From assembly GCA_963666365.2 (NCBI GenBank), contig CAXXNF010000001.1:768001-832000 (forward strand): a DNA stretch of 64,000 bases, in the 5' to 3' direction. Numbering within the stretch: the first letter of the stretch is position 1; each line of letters starts with the position of its first letter. Below, piece after piece: positions 10,274-19,992 of the stretch. Both the position numbers and the translations under genes were made by a program. The DNA comes from Syntrophales bacterium (lineage in GTDB: Bacteria > Desulfobacterota > Syntrophia > Syntrophales > UBA2210). The notes beneath the pieces are model-generated. The model was not told where the DNA came from. It made no database searches and saw only the letters and a program-made list of their open reading frames with translations.

Positions 10274-11260
10274 TCAGTTGACCTTCCACATTGATATCAC
10301 TGGCATTTTACCCGCAGACTCCCCTCGTTCCACTATTGCCGTAATCGTGCGCATCATGTTCCCCCTTCGACCCGTCGACTGAATCTCGAAGACGCTGCTT
10401 TTTACCGAGAGTACATCAGGGTCGATGTGGATATCGGTCATACCGGTAATGTTTTTATACCATGAGGGGTTCGACAGTTCACCTTTATTATCTTCACTCC
10501 TTCGGTATGCGTCCATGTCAAGGGCCATTTCATCGGTGATCTCTCCCGACATCGCCCTTAACACCGGCAGAGGCGCCGTATTGATATTAATTTTACCGGT
10601 TCCGAACACGGACAGATAGGGCGCAATTCCCATCCGGCCTTCGACGCCGTAGAGGATTCCTCGCGTAATCCCCTTGACCATCAGCAGTTCATCCACGCAA
10701 TCCAGGGGGGCGTTTTTGCAGGCATAGGGAGTATCAAGTCCCTTGTACCAGTTGTTCTCAGCGCCGAATCCGGTAATTTCGTCATCGCCGTCGATCCAGT
10801 CTTTGATCGCATCCACGATATCGTTGGCCGCCTCCTCGTTCAGGCCGAAGTCGGGCAACGTGAGCAACCGGATAAAGATTTCCCGTATGCTGTCGTTAAA
10901 ATTATTCTCCACCGTCAGCTTGTTGACCGGTATCTTACCCGATTCGTCTGAGATCTTCAGCTCAAAAAAACCGCTGTCAAAGAGAGATTCCGACTGCAGG
11001 CTCAATTCCTGTGCTTTCGCCCAGTCATCGAGAAAGGAATCCACCAAGGCATCATCCTCTTTCAGCGCGCTCCGCCCTATATAGACTCCTGATTTGGCAA
11101 CATATTGAAGGGTCACGCCGTCGCGAATGTTGGCGGCCTCATAGACCTGCAATCGCGAAGCCCGGTTGAGTTCCAGTGTAATCGCCACAATCAGGGCGAC
11201 AATACACATCACCAGAATCAGGGCGATACCCCTTTCTCTTTTCTTCAGAGGCTTTACCAT
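10274..11260 (-). CDS. gspK: T2SS minor pseudopilin K
   Basis: RERG|IALILV prepilin site without E5, DESGKIPVN, DWIDGDD, ELLMVKG, KININTAPLPVL. Confidence 0.92.
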   Translation of the reverse strand: MVKPLKKRERGIALILVMCIVALIVAITLELNRASRLQVYEAANIRDGVTLQYVAKSGVYIGRSALKEDDALVDSFLDDWAKAQELSLQSESLFDSGFFELKISDESGKIPVNKLTVENNFNDSIREIFIRLLTLPDFGLNEEAANDIVDAIKDWIDGDDEITGFGAENNWYKGLDTPYACKNAPLDCVDELLMVKGITRGILYGVEGRMGIAPYLSVFGTGKININTAPLPVLRAMSGEITDEMALDMDAYRRSEDNKGELSNPSWYKNITGMTDIHIDPDVLSVKSSVFEIQSTGRRGNMMRTITAIVERGESAGKMPVISMWKVN

Positions 11261-11624
11261 ACGTGCTCCCGCTGAACGGTGGAGTGCTTCCCCGAAGGGT
11301 TCAAATCCGCCCGGCCCCTATTATCAGGGCCCGTACAGGCTCCCTATGCCGCAGTCACCCCTGCCCGTGCGTCCTGGATGCATCAGATCGGGGGAGGATC
11401 GGATGTTAGATGGAAGCAATATATCATATTTGTCCACACTGCAGCAACATCGTCAACTCCTCAGGGAGCACAGGCCTCCCTGAGGGACGGCATTTTTTCA
11501 TTGAAAGGATCATTTTTTTAAATCGGGCCTTACCATTATGAAAATGATGATTATTTTATAGTCATGCGCCAAGAAAGGTTATGGCTTGAATTTTGGCCTG
11601 ATCCCCATCGCAAGGAGAACGTGC

Positions 11625-13298
11625 ATGACAAATTATTTTAAGAAGGCAGTCCTGAAGATTTATGACGACGCCAAAAAGGAAGGGCGACTGATCGAAGGGA
11701 AATCACTCTACGAACTCAAGGAAATCGCCCTGCGGCAGGAAGGGGTGATTCAGACCAACCTCGGATCCGTTGCCGCCGATTCCGAGCCGATGTCCCGTTC
11801 GGCCCCCCATACGAAAAACAACGTGGACGATATTTTCGGTGAAGAGGAAGAGGCGCTGGCGGCAAAGGCGATAGACTACCTGTCCCGGGAAAAGATCGTT
11901 TCCCTCGACACAATCGTCGGCGACGGCCGGGACGGGATCACGGCCCGGTTTATCATGCCCGTTGCCTATACGCAACTCGCCTACGGATTGAAGCTCCTTT
12001 TCGAGGATACACCGGCGGCGCGGGTCGTGGAAAATCCGACCTACACGATACTCTACTTTACCGACGAATCCTTCGAGTCGAACAAGTTCAAGAAGCTGCT
12101 CGACAAGGACATAGAGGTCCGGCTCTGGATGGGGGATGCCCGGGGGGAACAGGTCAAGATCTGTCGCAACACCATCTATCTCGGGGAGGCAAAAAAAGGG
12201 GTGTTTCAGTTCGAGGGCTGGCGGGTCAAGAAGATCGATCGCCAAGGCATCTTTCTCCACTGTGGTGCGAGAAGGGATCACCTCTGGATCTACGATCTCG
12301 AATCGGAACGACCCGAACTGCTTGAGCGCGTTACCGGCGTCTCCGGACTGACGGCCACGGGAAAGACCACCACGCTCTGCCGGAGGCTGGCGAAACTCCC
12401 CAGGGAAACGTCGGAAATGCTCGGCGACGACGGAGGAACTATCGGCATGGACGGCAGTTATGCCGCTTTTGAACAGGGAGGGGTGTACATCAAAACGGAA
12501 GGGCTTGACGAGAGCCAGCCGGAGATTCTCAGAGCAGCGCTCTCCGCCGACGCGTTCCTCGAAAATGTCGCCATTTCTCGGTATCCCTACACGCCCGATT
12601 TCAAGGACACCAGCAAGACGGGAAACGGCCGCGCCGTGGTGCGGCGTGATCATCTGGGCATTGCCAGCAAGGGTCTGCGTGCCGACCGGCTTGATTATAT
12701 TATCATCCTTACGCGCAATCCCCTTGCCAATGTGATATCGAAACTCACGCCGGAGCAGGCGACGATGCAGTTCATTTACGGCGAGTCCATAGAAAGCACC
12801 GGCGGGAACCCCGATGAGGCGGGGAAATTCAAGCGTGCCGTCTTCCTCGATCCCTTTCTTGTCGGCGACAGGCTGGAGCATGCCATGCTGTTTTACGAAA
12901 TAATCAAGAGAAACCGCATCAAGTGCTACCTGTCCAACACGGGAACGATCGGCGAAGAGGACATGAAAGTATCTCTGCGACAATCACTCGCGTCCTACAG
13001 CGATATACTGCGGGTGCAGCTCCGTTTCGGTTCCGATCCCGATCATCTGGGGTACCATTATCCGATCAAGAGCGACCGGGCCAATATGGACCTGATGAAC
13101 GCCTATCCCAGGTTCGCCGACAAAGGATCGCTTACCCGCAAGGTCGTCGATTTCCTGAGAGGCCGGCGGATCTTCCTGGAGGAGTTTGAATCGAAGTGGG
13201 GTCCCATTCCCGAAAACATACGGGAATCGCTTCCCTACCACGACGACCAGATAGACATCTCCTACCTGGAAAAAGAGTATCTCGGCTATATAGAGTAA
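11625..13298 (+). CDS. Phosphoenolpyruvate carboxykinase (ATP)-like protein, divergent
   Basis: YLGEAKKG, LHCG, P-loop GLTATGKTT, GDD, YIKTEGL, LENV, NGRAV, NTG; RBS aaggag. Confidence 0.7.
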   Translation: MTNYFKKAVLKIYDDAKKEGRLIEGKSLYELKEIALRQEGVIQTNLGSVAADSEPMSRSAPHTKNNVDDIFGEEEEALAAKAIDYLSREKIVSLDTIVGDGRDGITARFIMPVAYTQLAYGLKLLFEDTPAARVVENPTYTILYFTDESFESNKFKKLLDKDIEVRLWMGDARGEQVKICRNTIYLGEAKKGVFQFEGWRVKKIDRQGIFLHCGARRDHLWIYDLESERPELLERVTGVSGLTATGKTTTLCRRLAKLPRETSEMLGDDGGTIGMDGSYAAFEQGGVYIKTEGLDESQPEILRAALSADAFLENVAISRYPYTPDFKDTSKTGNGRAVVRRDHLGIASKGLRADRLDYIIILTRNPLANVISKLTPEQATMQFIYGESIESTGGNPDEAGKFKRAVFLDPFLVGDRLEHAMLFYEIIKRNRIKCYLSNTGTIGEEDMKVSLRQSLASYSDILRVQLRFGSDPDHLGYHYPIKSDRANMDLMNAYPRFADKGSLTRKVVDFLRGRRIFLEEFESKWGPIPENIRESLPYHDDQIDISYLEKEYLGYIE

Positions 13299-13302
13299 CC
13301 GC

Positions 13303-13336
13303 AAGGGGGGAGGATTGTGCGCCCTCTCCCCTTTTT
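13303..13336 (+). terminator. Putative intrinsic terminator
   Basis: aaggggggagg...cctctcccctt hairpin followed by a T run immediately after the stop codon. Confidence 0.55.
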
Positions 13337-13400
13337 CAACTCTTGCCGCTTTCCTTCATATATGCTACACATCTCGGCAGATGCGTTTCGGGAGGTCATC

Positions 13401-13820
13401 GTGAAGTCCTATCGCAAAGAACTCTGGTTTAATGTCCCCTCACGTCGGGGATTCATCAACATCACGCCGCAGGTCGACGAATGCCTGAGCGAAAGCGGAA
13501 TCAGCGAAGGACTGGCACTTGTCAATACGATGCATATTACCGCATCCGTCTTCATCAATGATGATGAACCGGGCCTGCATCGGGATTACGAGCGATGGCT
13601 GGAGACGCTTGCTCCTCACGAACCGCTGTCGCAGTATCAGCACAATCGCACCGGAGAAGACAACGGCGACGCTCATCTGAAACGGCAGGTCATGGGTAGA
13701 GAGGTGGTTGTGGCGGTAACGGAGGGAAGGCTTGATTTCGGCCCCTGGGAGCAAATATTCTATGGCGAGTTCGATGGAAGAAGACGAAAACGGGTGCTGG
13801 TGAAAATAATCGGAGAATAA
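13401..13820 (+). CDS. yjbQ: YjbQ/UPF0047 family (secondary thiamine-phosphate synthase-like)
   Basis: [46 protein letters not shown] start after GGAGG. Confidence 0.9.
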   Translation: MKSYRKELWFNVPSRRGFINITPQVDECLSESGISEGLALVNTMHITASVFINDDEPGLHRDYERWLETLAPHEPLSQYQHNRTGEDNGDAHLKRQVMGREVVVAVTEGRLDFGPWEQIFYGEFDGRRRKRVLVKIIGE

Positions 13821-13855
13821 CATTTCGGATTCCGGGGCAGTATGAAAGAGGATGT

Positions 13856-14224
13856 ATGATGGCGGCTAAAATAGTCCTTGTCGTTGAAGACGACATGATC
13901 AACAGAAGACTGATCAAAAAAATTCTCCAGCCGCTTCAGTGTACCGTCATTGAAGCGGAGAATGCCGAGGAAGGCATCGCACTGGCGAGGGAACAGGTAC
14001 CGGACCTTATTCTTATGGATATCGTGATGCCCGGCATGGACGGCTGGACTGCGGCGACCATACTCAAAGAAAATCCGGCATTGCGCGACATCCCCCTCTA
14101 TGCCCTCTCCGGCTATTCCGCCGATGAACTCGAGGAGAAAGTAAAGGAAACAGGCTGCACCGGCTTTATCACAAAACCCTTCAACATCCAGACATTCAGG
14201 GAAATCGTCTCACAGCACCTTTAG
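13856..14224 (+). CDS. Single-domain response regulator (CheY/DivK-like)
   Basis: VLVVEDD, PDLILMDIVMPGMDG, ITKPF. Confidence 0.93.
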   Translation: MMAAKIVLVVEDDMINRRLIKKILQPLQCTVIEAENAEEGIALAREQVPDLILMDIVMPGMDGWTAATILKENPALRDIPLYALSGYSADELEEKVKETGCTGFITKPFNIQTFREIVSQHL

Positions 14225-15355
14225 TTATTCCATAAGGAAGGGATGGGGCAGAAGCGATGAGATCATTACGGTGGTGTACCCCCCATTCCCATTGTCGAGC
14301 ACGGCCAGCGTTTCCCGGCCGAATTCATAGAGAAGCTGTCGTTCGTCCGCGGCCGGTACGCCGATTTTGTCGCCGGGGAGATGGCAGAGAACAGCCTTGA
14401 AATGGGTTTCGCCTTCCGAAACGGCCTTGCAGACGGCCACCTTCACGGCGCTCGTCGTATAACTGAAAAGCGCGCTTTCAACATTGCAGCCCGTGTAGAT
14501 GTTTCCCGACGCGGTAAGAACCGCGGCACCCACCTGATAGTTCGAATAGGGGGCATAGGCAAGAAAGGACGCATCCCGCGCCTTTCTGTGCATCCGGTCG
14601 ATTTCTTCCTGCGAAAGTTCTGTCACAAACCACTTCCGATACATGCGGTCATAGGCGCCGTCGCCGGTGATTCTGCGCATTCCCTCGTTCACGACGGCAA
14701 GAAGCTCGGAATCATGGGCTCTGACGACATGGTATATCGAGGACACCAGAAGCGGCGTGCTCACCGGAAATATGCCGGTCAGATTGTGGCGGTCGATATT
14801 AAAAAAGGCGGTTTTTTCGGAACCGGCGAAGGCGTCGGCCTCACCCCGTGCGACGGCGATCAGTGCATCCGCCTCCGTTTCGTACAATACGGGGGTTACT
14901 CCTCGTTTCTCCAGGATTTTTTGATAGAGTGATCCCCGCTGCGTGGCAACGGTTTTTGTAGTGTTTTTCAGATCGTTGAGAGACCGCACATCCCCTTTCT
15001 TCGTTGAAAAGAGCGTGGTTTTGAAATCACACAGCGGTATATCGGGAAAGGCAAACAGCGCTGTCCGTTCAGGCGTTTTTGCCATGCCCGAGGTAATGTG
15101 CACATCTCCTTTTTTCAGCGCCTCCTGGACATCGGCCCACTGCATGGGTTGATATCGTATGGTGATTTCTTTCCCCTTTACCACGGCCTGAAGCACCTCC
15201 ACATCAAAGCCGACGGGCGTCCCGTCCTTGACGTAGGTGTGAGGGGGGTAATCCTCATCAAAGGCGTAAATAATTTCCCGACCGGCATCTGCACTTTCAA
15301 TAACAGAGAAAAAAAACAGGCCGACCAAAAAGAACAGCGGAGCGATTTTTTTCAT
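14225..15355 (-). CDS. Family-3 periplasmic substrate-binding domain fused to a degenerate cytidine-deaminase domain
   Basis: Signal peptide; DYPPHTY, GFDVEV, GAYDRMYRKWF; then AYAPYSNYQVGAAVLT..GNIYTGCNVE with the Zn/catalytic motifs altered. Confidence 0.85.
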   Translation of the reverse strand: MKKIAPLFFLVGLFFFSVIESADAGREIIYAFDEDYPPHTYVKDGTPVGFDVEVLQAVVKGKEITIRYQPMQWADVQEALKKGDVHITSGMAKTPERTALFAFPDIPLCDFKTTLFSTKKGDVRSLNDLKNTTKTVATQRGSLYQKILEKRGVTPVLYETEADALIAVARGEADAFAGSEKTAFFNIDRHNLTGIFPVSTPLLVSSIYHVVRAHDSELLAVVNEGMRRITGDGAYDRMYRKWFVTELSQEEIDRMHRKARDASFLAYAPYSNYQVGAAVLTASGNIYTGCNVESALFSYTTSAVKVAVCKAVSEGETHFKAVLCHLPGDKIGVPAADERQLLYEFGRETLAVLDNGNGGYTTVMISSLLPHPFLME

Positions 15356-15375
15356 TATAGTACCCTTTCCTCAAG

Positions 15376-15466
15376 TAGGGACACTTCCCTATTTTTTGAC
15401 CATGCCGCACACGAAATACTGAGATATATTATATAGATATAAACCAAAAATAGGGAAGTGTCCCCT
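15376..15466. repeat. REPIN/MITE-like element, copy 1 (inverted GGGACACTTCCCTATTTTT ends)
   Basis: 19-bp inverted repeats 15378-15396 and 15446-15464; AT-rich core closely similar to the copy at 19895. Confidence 0.85.
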
Positions 15467-15700
15467 TAATCACAGCGCAGTATAAGAAAGTCCCCGGTGA
15501 GTGTCAAAATTAAAATAATGAAATCTGAAAGAAACAGTCTTCTTGGCAGCAAGGCAGTGCATCAAGTGTACTGCCGTTCAAAAACCATAAAAACGAGAGG
15601 GTTGATTTTGGCAATCATACCTGTTTAAATATTTTTACGCATGCCGGCGCCGCTTTCTTCGAAGCACACAGCCGACATTCAAAAAAAGGGGGGGCTAACC

Positions 15701-18700
15701 ATGATGGTACAGGGGGGATGTAAAAAAATTTTTAAAGTAATACAGGTCCTTTTCCTTACGGCAGTGTGGATGGCTGTAACCTTCGGATCGATGAGCCTTT
15801 CGGCGGCAGCGGAAAGGACGGCAGAGACACATCCTCAGGCGCGCTGTGCTGCAACGATCCATTCATCTCAATTGGTCCCGCTTTCTTCCGCTGCGCGGGA
15901 CCCCCTCGAGAATTGCATTGAAACGTTTTATATCGAAGACAACACACTGACTGCGGACGGAACGGAAGCCTCCTATTCAAAATTATGGCTCAAGTTCATC
16001 TGCCCCGGCGACCTTTGGTTCGACATACTCTATGAAGGGACGGTGTGTAACGACGTCGATAAGGTTGGAGGGTACATACAGGAGCCGGGGACCTCTATCA
16101 CCGAGGATACGCTTTGTTATGTGTATTACAAGGCCCCTGCGCTTGCACCGACCGAAGAGCTTTCCGGCACCATGGAGCTGATGCTTCGCGTGACCCATGA
16201 GCAAAGCGGACAGAGCAAAACAATCCCGGTCTACATCGAAATCGGCGAGTATATACCGCCTGTGACTTCCAACATCAGAATTTCCAGCGACGCCGCCTAC
16301 GTGGAATACGGAACCTCCTTCACCGCGAACATTGCGGTCTATAAAGACGGGGCGGTGGACAGAGAGACCCATAGCCTCCACATCACCAGCGAGCCGGCGG
16401 AATTCGGTTTTGAAGGAAACATTGAGGTAGTAGGCGGACAAACGTCCCTTGATTTTCAGGCGGGAAACAAAACCCTGGTGGATCTGATCGACGAGGAGGT
16501 TTTGAGTGATCTTCTCACCTATGACCGAATCACGATCACGGCGGTGGATAATGCCACCGGCGACAGTGCCACGTACAGTATTCCGCTGGGAAAACCCCTC
16601 AGCGTGTTCCTTGATCCCTATTATGACTCCGACATACACGCCATACTACCGGCGGATTCACATTTTCCCGTCAGAATTCTGGCCATTGTGGGGGGAAGCA
16701 GGGACGATCCCCGATGGGACCAGGGAGAAAACACAAAACAGAACCGGGAAGTTGCGATTGAACTCGTCAATGAAAGCGATTCCACCATGCCGTCATCGGG
16801 GACTCTGAACCAGGGAACACATGTCCCTGCAAAGACATACCACACCGATGAGTACGGGATAACATCAGACGCGGTCTATTATTATTACCATCTCTATGGA
16901 TACCATCTGGGCTGTCCCACCGGCACGATTCAGTGTCCGCAGTATGACAGAATCGTCGTCGAGGACAGTCTCACCGCTGTAGAAAAAACGGCCTCCGTTG
17001 CCACCGGCCTGCTTCTTGAGGTGAAGGACATTGCACACGCGGAACAGCCCAGCGGGGTGCTGCAAACCCCTGTGGCGATAAAGACCCGACTTTCTTCGCT
17101 CTTTTATCCCGATCTCGATCTTGAAGCGTTCAGTTCCCGTTTTGTCAGTCCTGAGGGAGGCGGTTATGAATATGGCATCAAGATGGAGATCAACTGGATA
17201 AACCAGCCGGAAAAGCTGGGATGGTGGGGGTATATTAAGAGTAAATTATCCGGGTCCAGTTCGACTGCCACCGCATATAACGGCGCCTGCGCCATTGACG
17301 AGAACGGGACGCTTATCGCCCGGGAGCAACCGGCAATTGAAGTGGGGGGACTGAATCTGCCCGGCATCACGATTAAAGAAACGGGCGCCTATTTTTTCAC
17401 GGTAAACTTCACACCGGTCGACCTTATAAGCGGAACCGAGTTTGAAGGCCCGGCGGAATTCGTGGGAAATAAAAGATATTGTTTCGGACTTGCCGTAAGC
17501 GATGCAAACGCTCCTTACATACAATTCATCGCCTGTGCACTGAATCCGGACAGCCACAAGGAAAAGGTTTTCCTGGAAATTGCCAAAAGGCTGGCCGCTC
17601 CCGGTGTAGTTTTCAAAAGACTGTTGCCCCTTGCCGATATCGCCTGCAAGCTTCAAAGCGGCCAGATGCGCGATGCCATGCTTGCCGCCGGGGCCTTTGT
17701 CGCCGGTGAAACGCTGAATATTATCGACAAAAGTTACGACATGTCTCTGTCCGAACGTGAGAAGGAGCTTCTGGAGCTTGCCCTGAAAACCAACCAGATT
17801 GCCGATTACCAGAGCTTTCTCGAAGCATTGCTGCCGGATGTGCGTGTTCCCTATTCAGCGGCGGATGACAATCTTGATGGTATATCCGAAGCGGAATTTC
17901 AGGACATGTTGAGTGCTTTTGTCGAAGGAATCCTGGGCGAAAATATCGCGGGAAAGCGGATCATCTCGGTCTTCGGCGCCAACAGCGCCGATGTTTTCGA
18001 TAATGCTGGGATTCACGCCCTTTCTGTAGACGACATAGGCGACGATCTCTCCAACCTGGGCGACATGATGACGGTTACAGCGGGGAATGTTGCCGTGTTC
18101 ATCGTTGACAATGACAAACATTACACACTGACCATAGAAAACGGAACCGATGCGGATATTCGCATCGACGATTCGGGCACACCCGATTATACCCTCTACT
18201 CTTTCGGCGCCGGTTCTTTCGCCACTGCCTCCCTGGAAGTTACGCCCGGCAACGACAATCCGGTGCGCGTCGACTATCAGGGGGACGGCACTGTCGATAA
18301 AGACCTGTGGCCCCTGGGGCATGTGGTGGAAGAACCGCGATTTACGGCCATCACCATATCGCCGCCCTCCGCCTTTATATTCCCCGGGGAGACGCAGCAA
18401 TTTACGGCGACGGCACGGGACCAATTCGGCAATGAAATGTCGGGCATTACGTTCGAGTGGTCAAGCAGCAACCCGGAGGCGGGCACGGTCGATATGACCG
18501 GATTATTCACGGCGATTACGGAAGGAGAAACTGTCGTGACGGCGACAAGCGGAGCCTGTGCCCGGGACGCGAAGATAAGCATACTCACCGCCCGGGAATG
18601 GGTGCGGCTCCTCGGCTCGCCGGGTTCCGAAGAAGGGCGGGATGTGGCCGTTGATTCGAACGGCAATGTGTACGTCGTCGGTACCACATGGGGAAACCTG

Positions 18701-19900
18701 GATGGCAACGTGAATAAGGGAGAATGTGATCTGTGTATCGTCAAGTACGATCCACAAGGGAACAGGCAGTGGACGAAGGTGCTCGGCACTTCGGGGCAAG
18801 ACTGCGGTGAAGGGATTGCCGTGGACGGGCAGAACAACCTGTACGTGACCGGGTGGACCTCGGGAGATCTGGACGGCAATGTCAATCCCGGCTATTGTTC
18901 TATTTTCTTGGCGAAATACGATACTGAGGGCACTGCACAATGGAGCAGGATCGTCGGTAATCAGGCCGGTAATTTTGCTCAGAATCTCGCCGTGGATGGA
19001 CAGGGCAATGTGTATGTGACCGGGTGGAGTTATGGAATCCTCGACGGCATTACTGCCGACAATGATGATATTTTCATTATGAAATTCGATGCATCCGGCA
19101 CGAGGCAGTGGACAAGGCTGCTCGGGTCTTCGGGTTATGATTTCGGTTTGGCCGTTGCCGTGGACGCAACCGGCAACAGCTATCTTACCGGATGTGTACA
19201 GGGGGCCATGGATGGGAACCCTTACGCAGGAGCATATGATGTCTTCGTGGCGAAGTACGATACTGAAGGCAACAAGCAGTGGACGAAGACCCTCGGAACC
19301 GCCGACGAAGACCGGGGGGAAGGCATTGCAGTGGATGCGGCGGGAAACAGTTACATAACCGGCTATACCCGCGGCGATCTGGATGGAAATACCTGTGCCG
19401 GCAGTGCAGATATTTTTGTGGCGAAGTACGACGGGGCGGGCAACAAGCTGTGGACGAAGCTCTTCGGCAGTACGGGCTATGATGCAGGCAATGATATAGC
19501 TGAGGACGGCGCGGGCAATGTATACGTCACCGGAATAACCTACACCGATTACACTGAATATATCTTTCTGACAAAGTACGATTCCTCAGGGGCGGTGCAG
19601 TGGGCGAGGCGTCTCGGTTCCCGGGGCTACGAGTACGGCACCGGAATCGCCTGTGTTTCCGGTAACAATTTTTATGTGACCGGCGCAACCGATGGGGACC
19701 TGGGCGGGAATGTCAATGGGGGAAGTTATGATGTTTTTGTCTGGCACCTTGATTACTCCAAGGACGGTATTGCCCTTGAAACGGTCATCCGGATACTGCA
19801 TGCGCTGACCGGTACGAACCCTGGCTCAATTCCCCTTGCCGCCGACGCAAGTGGAGAGGGAACAGTAGGCCTGGAAGACGCCATATATTTCCTCAAATAG
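15701..19900 (+). CDS. Large secreted protein: unknown N-terminal domains, Big_2 Ig domain, SBBP beta-propeller repeats, C-terminal dockerin-like motif
   Basis: Signal peptide; ITISPPSAFIFPGETQQFTATARD..WSSSNP (Big_2); about seven xAVDxxGNxYVTG/FxxKYDxxG repeats; LETVIRILHALTG...DASGEGTVGLEDAIYFLK. Confidence 0.85.
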   Translation: MMVQGGCKKIFKVIQVLFLTAVWMAVTFGSMSLSAAAERTAETHPQARCAATIHSSQLVPLSSAARDPLENCIETFYIEDNTLTADGTEASYSKLWLKFICPGDLWFDILYEGTVCNDVDKVGGYIQEPGTSITEDTLCYVYYKAPALAPTEELSGTMELMLRVTHEQSGQSKTIPVYIEIGEYIPPVTSNIRISSDAAYVEYGTSFTANIAVYKDGAVDRETHSLHITSEPAEFGFEGNIEVVGGQTSLDFQAGNKTLVDLIDEEVLSDLLTYDRITITAVDNATGDSATYSIPLGKPLSVFLDPYYDSDIHAILPADSHFPVRILAIVGGSRDDPRWDQGENTKQNREVAIELVNESDSTMPSSGTLNQGTHVPAKTYHTDEYGITSDAVYYYYHLYGYHLGCPTGTIQCPQYDRIVVEDSLTAVEKTASVATGLLLEVKDIAHAEQPSGVLQTPVAIKTRLSSLFYPDLDLEAFSSRFVSPEGGGYEYGIKMEINWINQPEKLGWWGYIKSKLSGSSSTATAYNGACAIDENGTLIAREQPAIEVGGLNLPGITIKETGAYFFTVNFTPVDLISGTEFEGPAEFVGNKRYCFGLAVSDANAPYIQFIACALNPDSHKEKVFLEIAKRLAAPGVVFKRLLPLADIACKLQSGQMRDAMLAAGAFVAGETLNIIDKSYDMSLSEREKELLELALKTNQIADYQSFLEALLPDVRVPYSAADDNLDGISEAEFQDMLSAFVEGILGENIAGKRIISVFGANSADVFDNAGIHALSVDDIGDDLSNLGDMMTVTAGNVAVFIVDNDKHYTLTIENGTDADIRIDDSGTPDYTLYSFGAGSFATASLEVTPGNDNPVRVDYQGDGTVDKDLWPLGHVVEEPRFTAITISPPSAFIFPGETQQFTATARDQFGNEMSGITFEWSSSNPEAGTVDMTGLFTAITEGETVVTATSGACARDAKISILTAREWVRLLGSPGSEEGRDVAVDSNGNVYVVGTTWGNLDGNVNKGECDLCIVKYDPQGNRQWTKVLGTSGQDCGEGIAVDGQNNLYVTGWTSGDLDGNVNPGYCSIFLAKYDTEGTAQWSRIVGNQAGNFAQNLAVDGQGNVYVTGWSYGILDGITADNDDIFIMKFDASGTRQWTRLLGSSGYDFGLAVAVDATGNSYLTGCVQGAMDGNPYAGAYDVFVAKYDTEGNKQWTKTLGTADEDRGEGIAVDAAGNSYITGYTRGDLDGNTCAGSADIFVAKYDGAGNKLWTKLFGSTGYDAGNDIAEDGAGNVYVTGITYTDYTEYIFLTKYDSSGAVQWARRLGSRGYEYGTGIACVSGNNFYVTGATDGDLGGNVNGGSYDVFVWHLDYSKDGIALETVIRILHALTGTNPGSIPLAADASGEGTVGLEDAIYFLK

Positions 19901-19992
19901 GGACACTTCCCTATTTTTTGACCATGCTGCACGCAAAAATGCTAAATCATATTATATAGATATAAACCATAAATAGGGAAGTGTCCCTATTT
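19895..19992. repeat. REPIN/MITE-like element, copy 2
   Basis: aaatagggacacttccctattt (19895-19916) and its exact inverse (19971-19992). Confidence 0.85.

Noticed and set aside
11263..11400. tRNA, 6S RNA or riboswitch upstream of gspK (contains GGTTCAAATCC and several hairpins)
   Set aside because: No cloverleaf or known aptamer consensus could be built by eye; an Rfam scan would be needed
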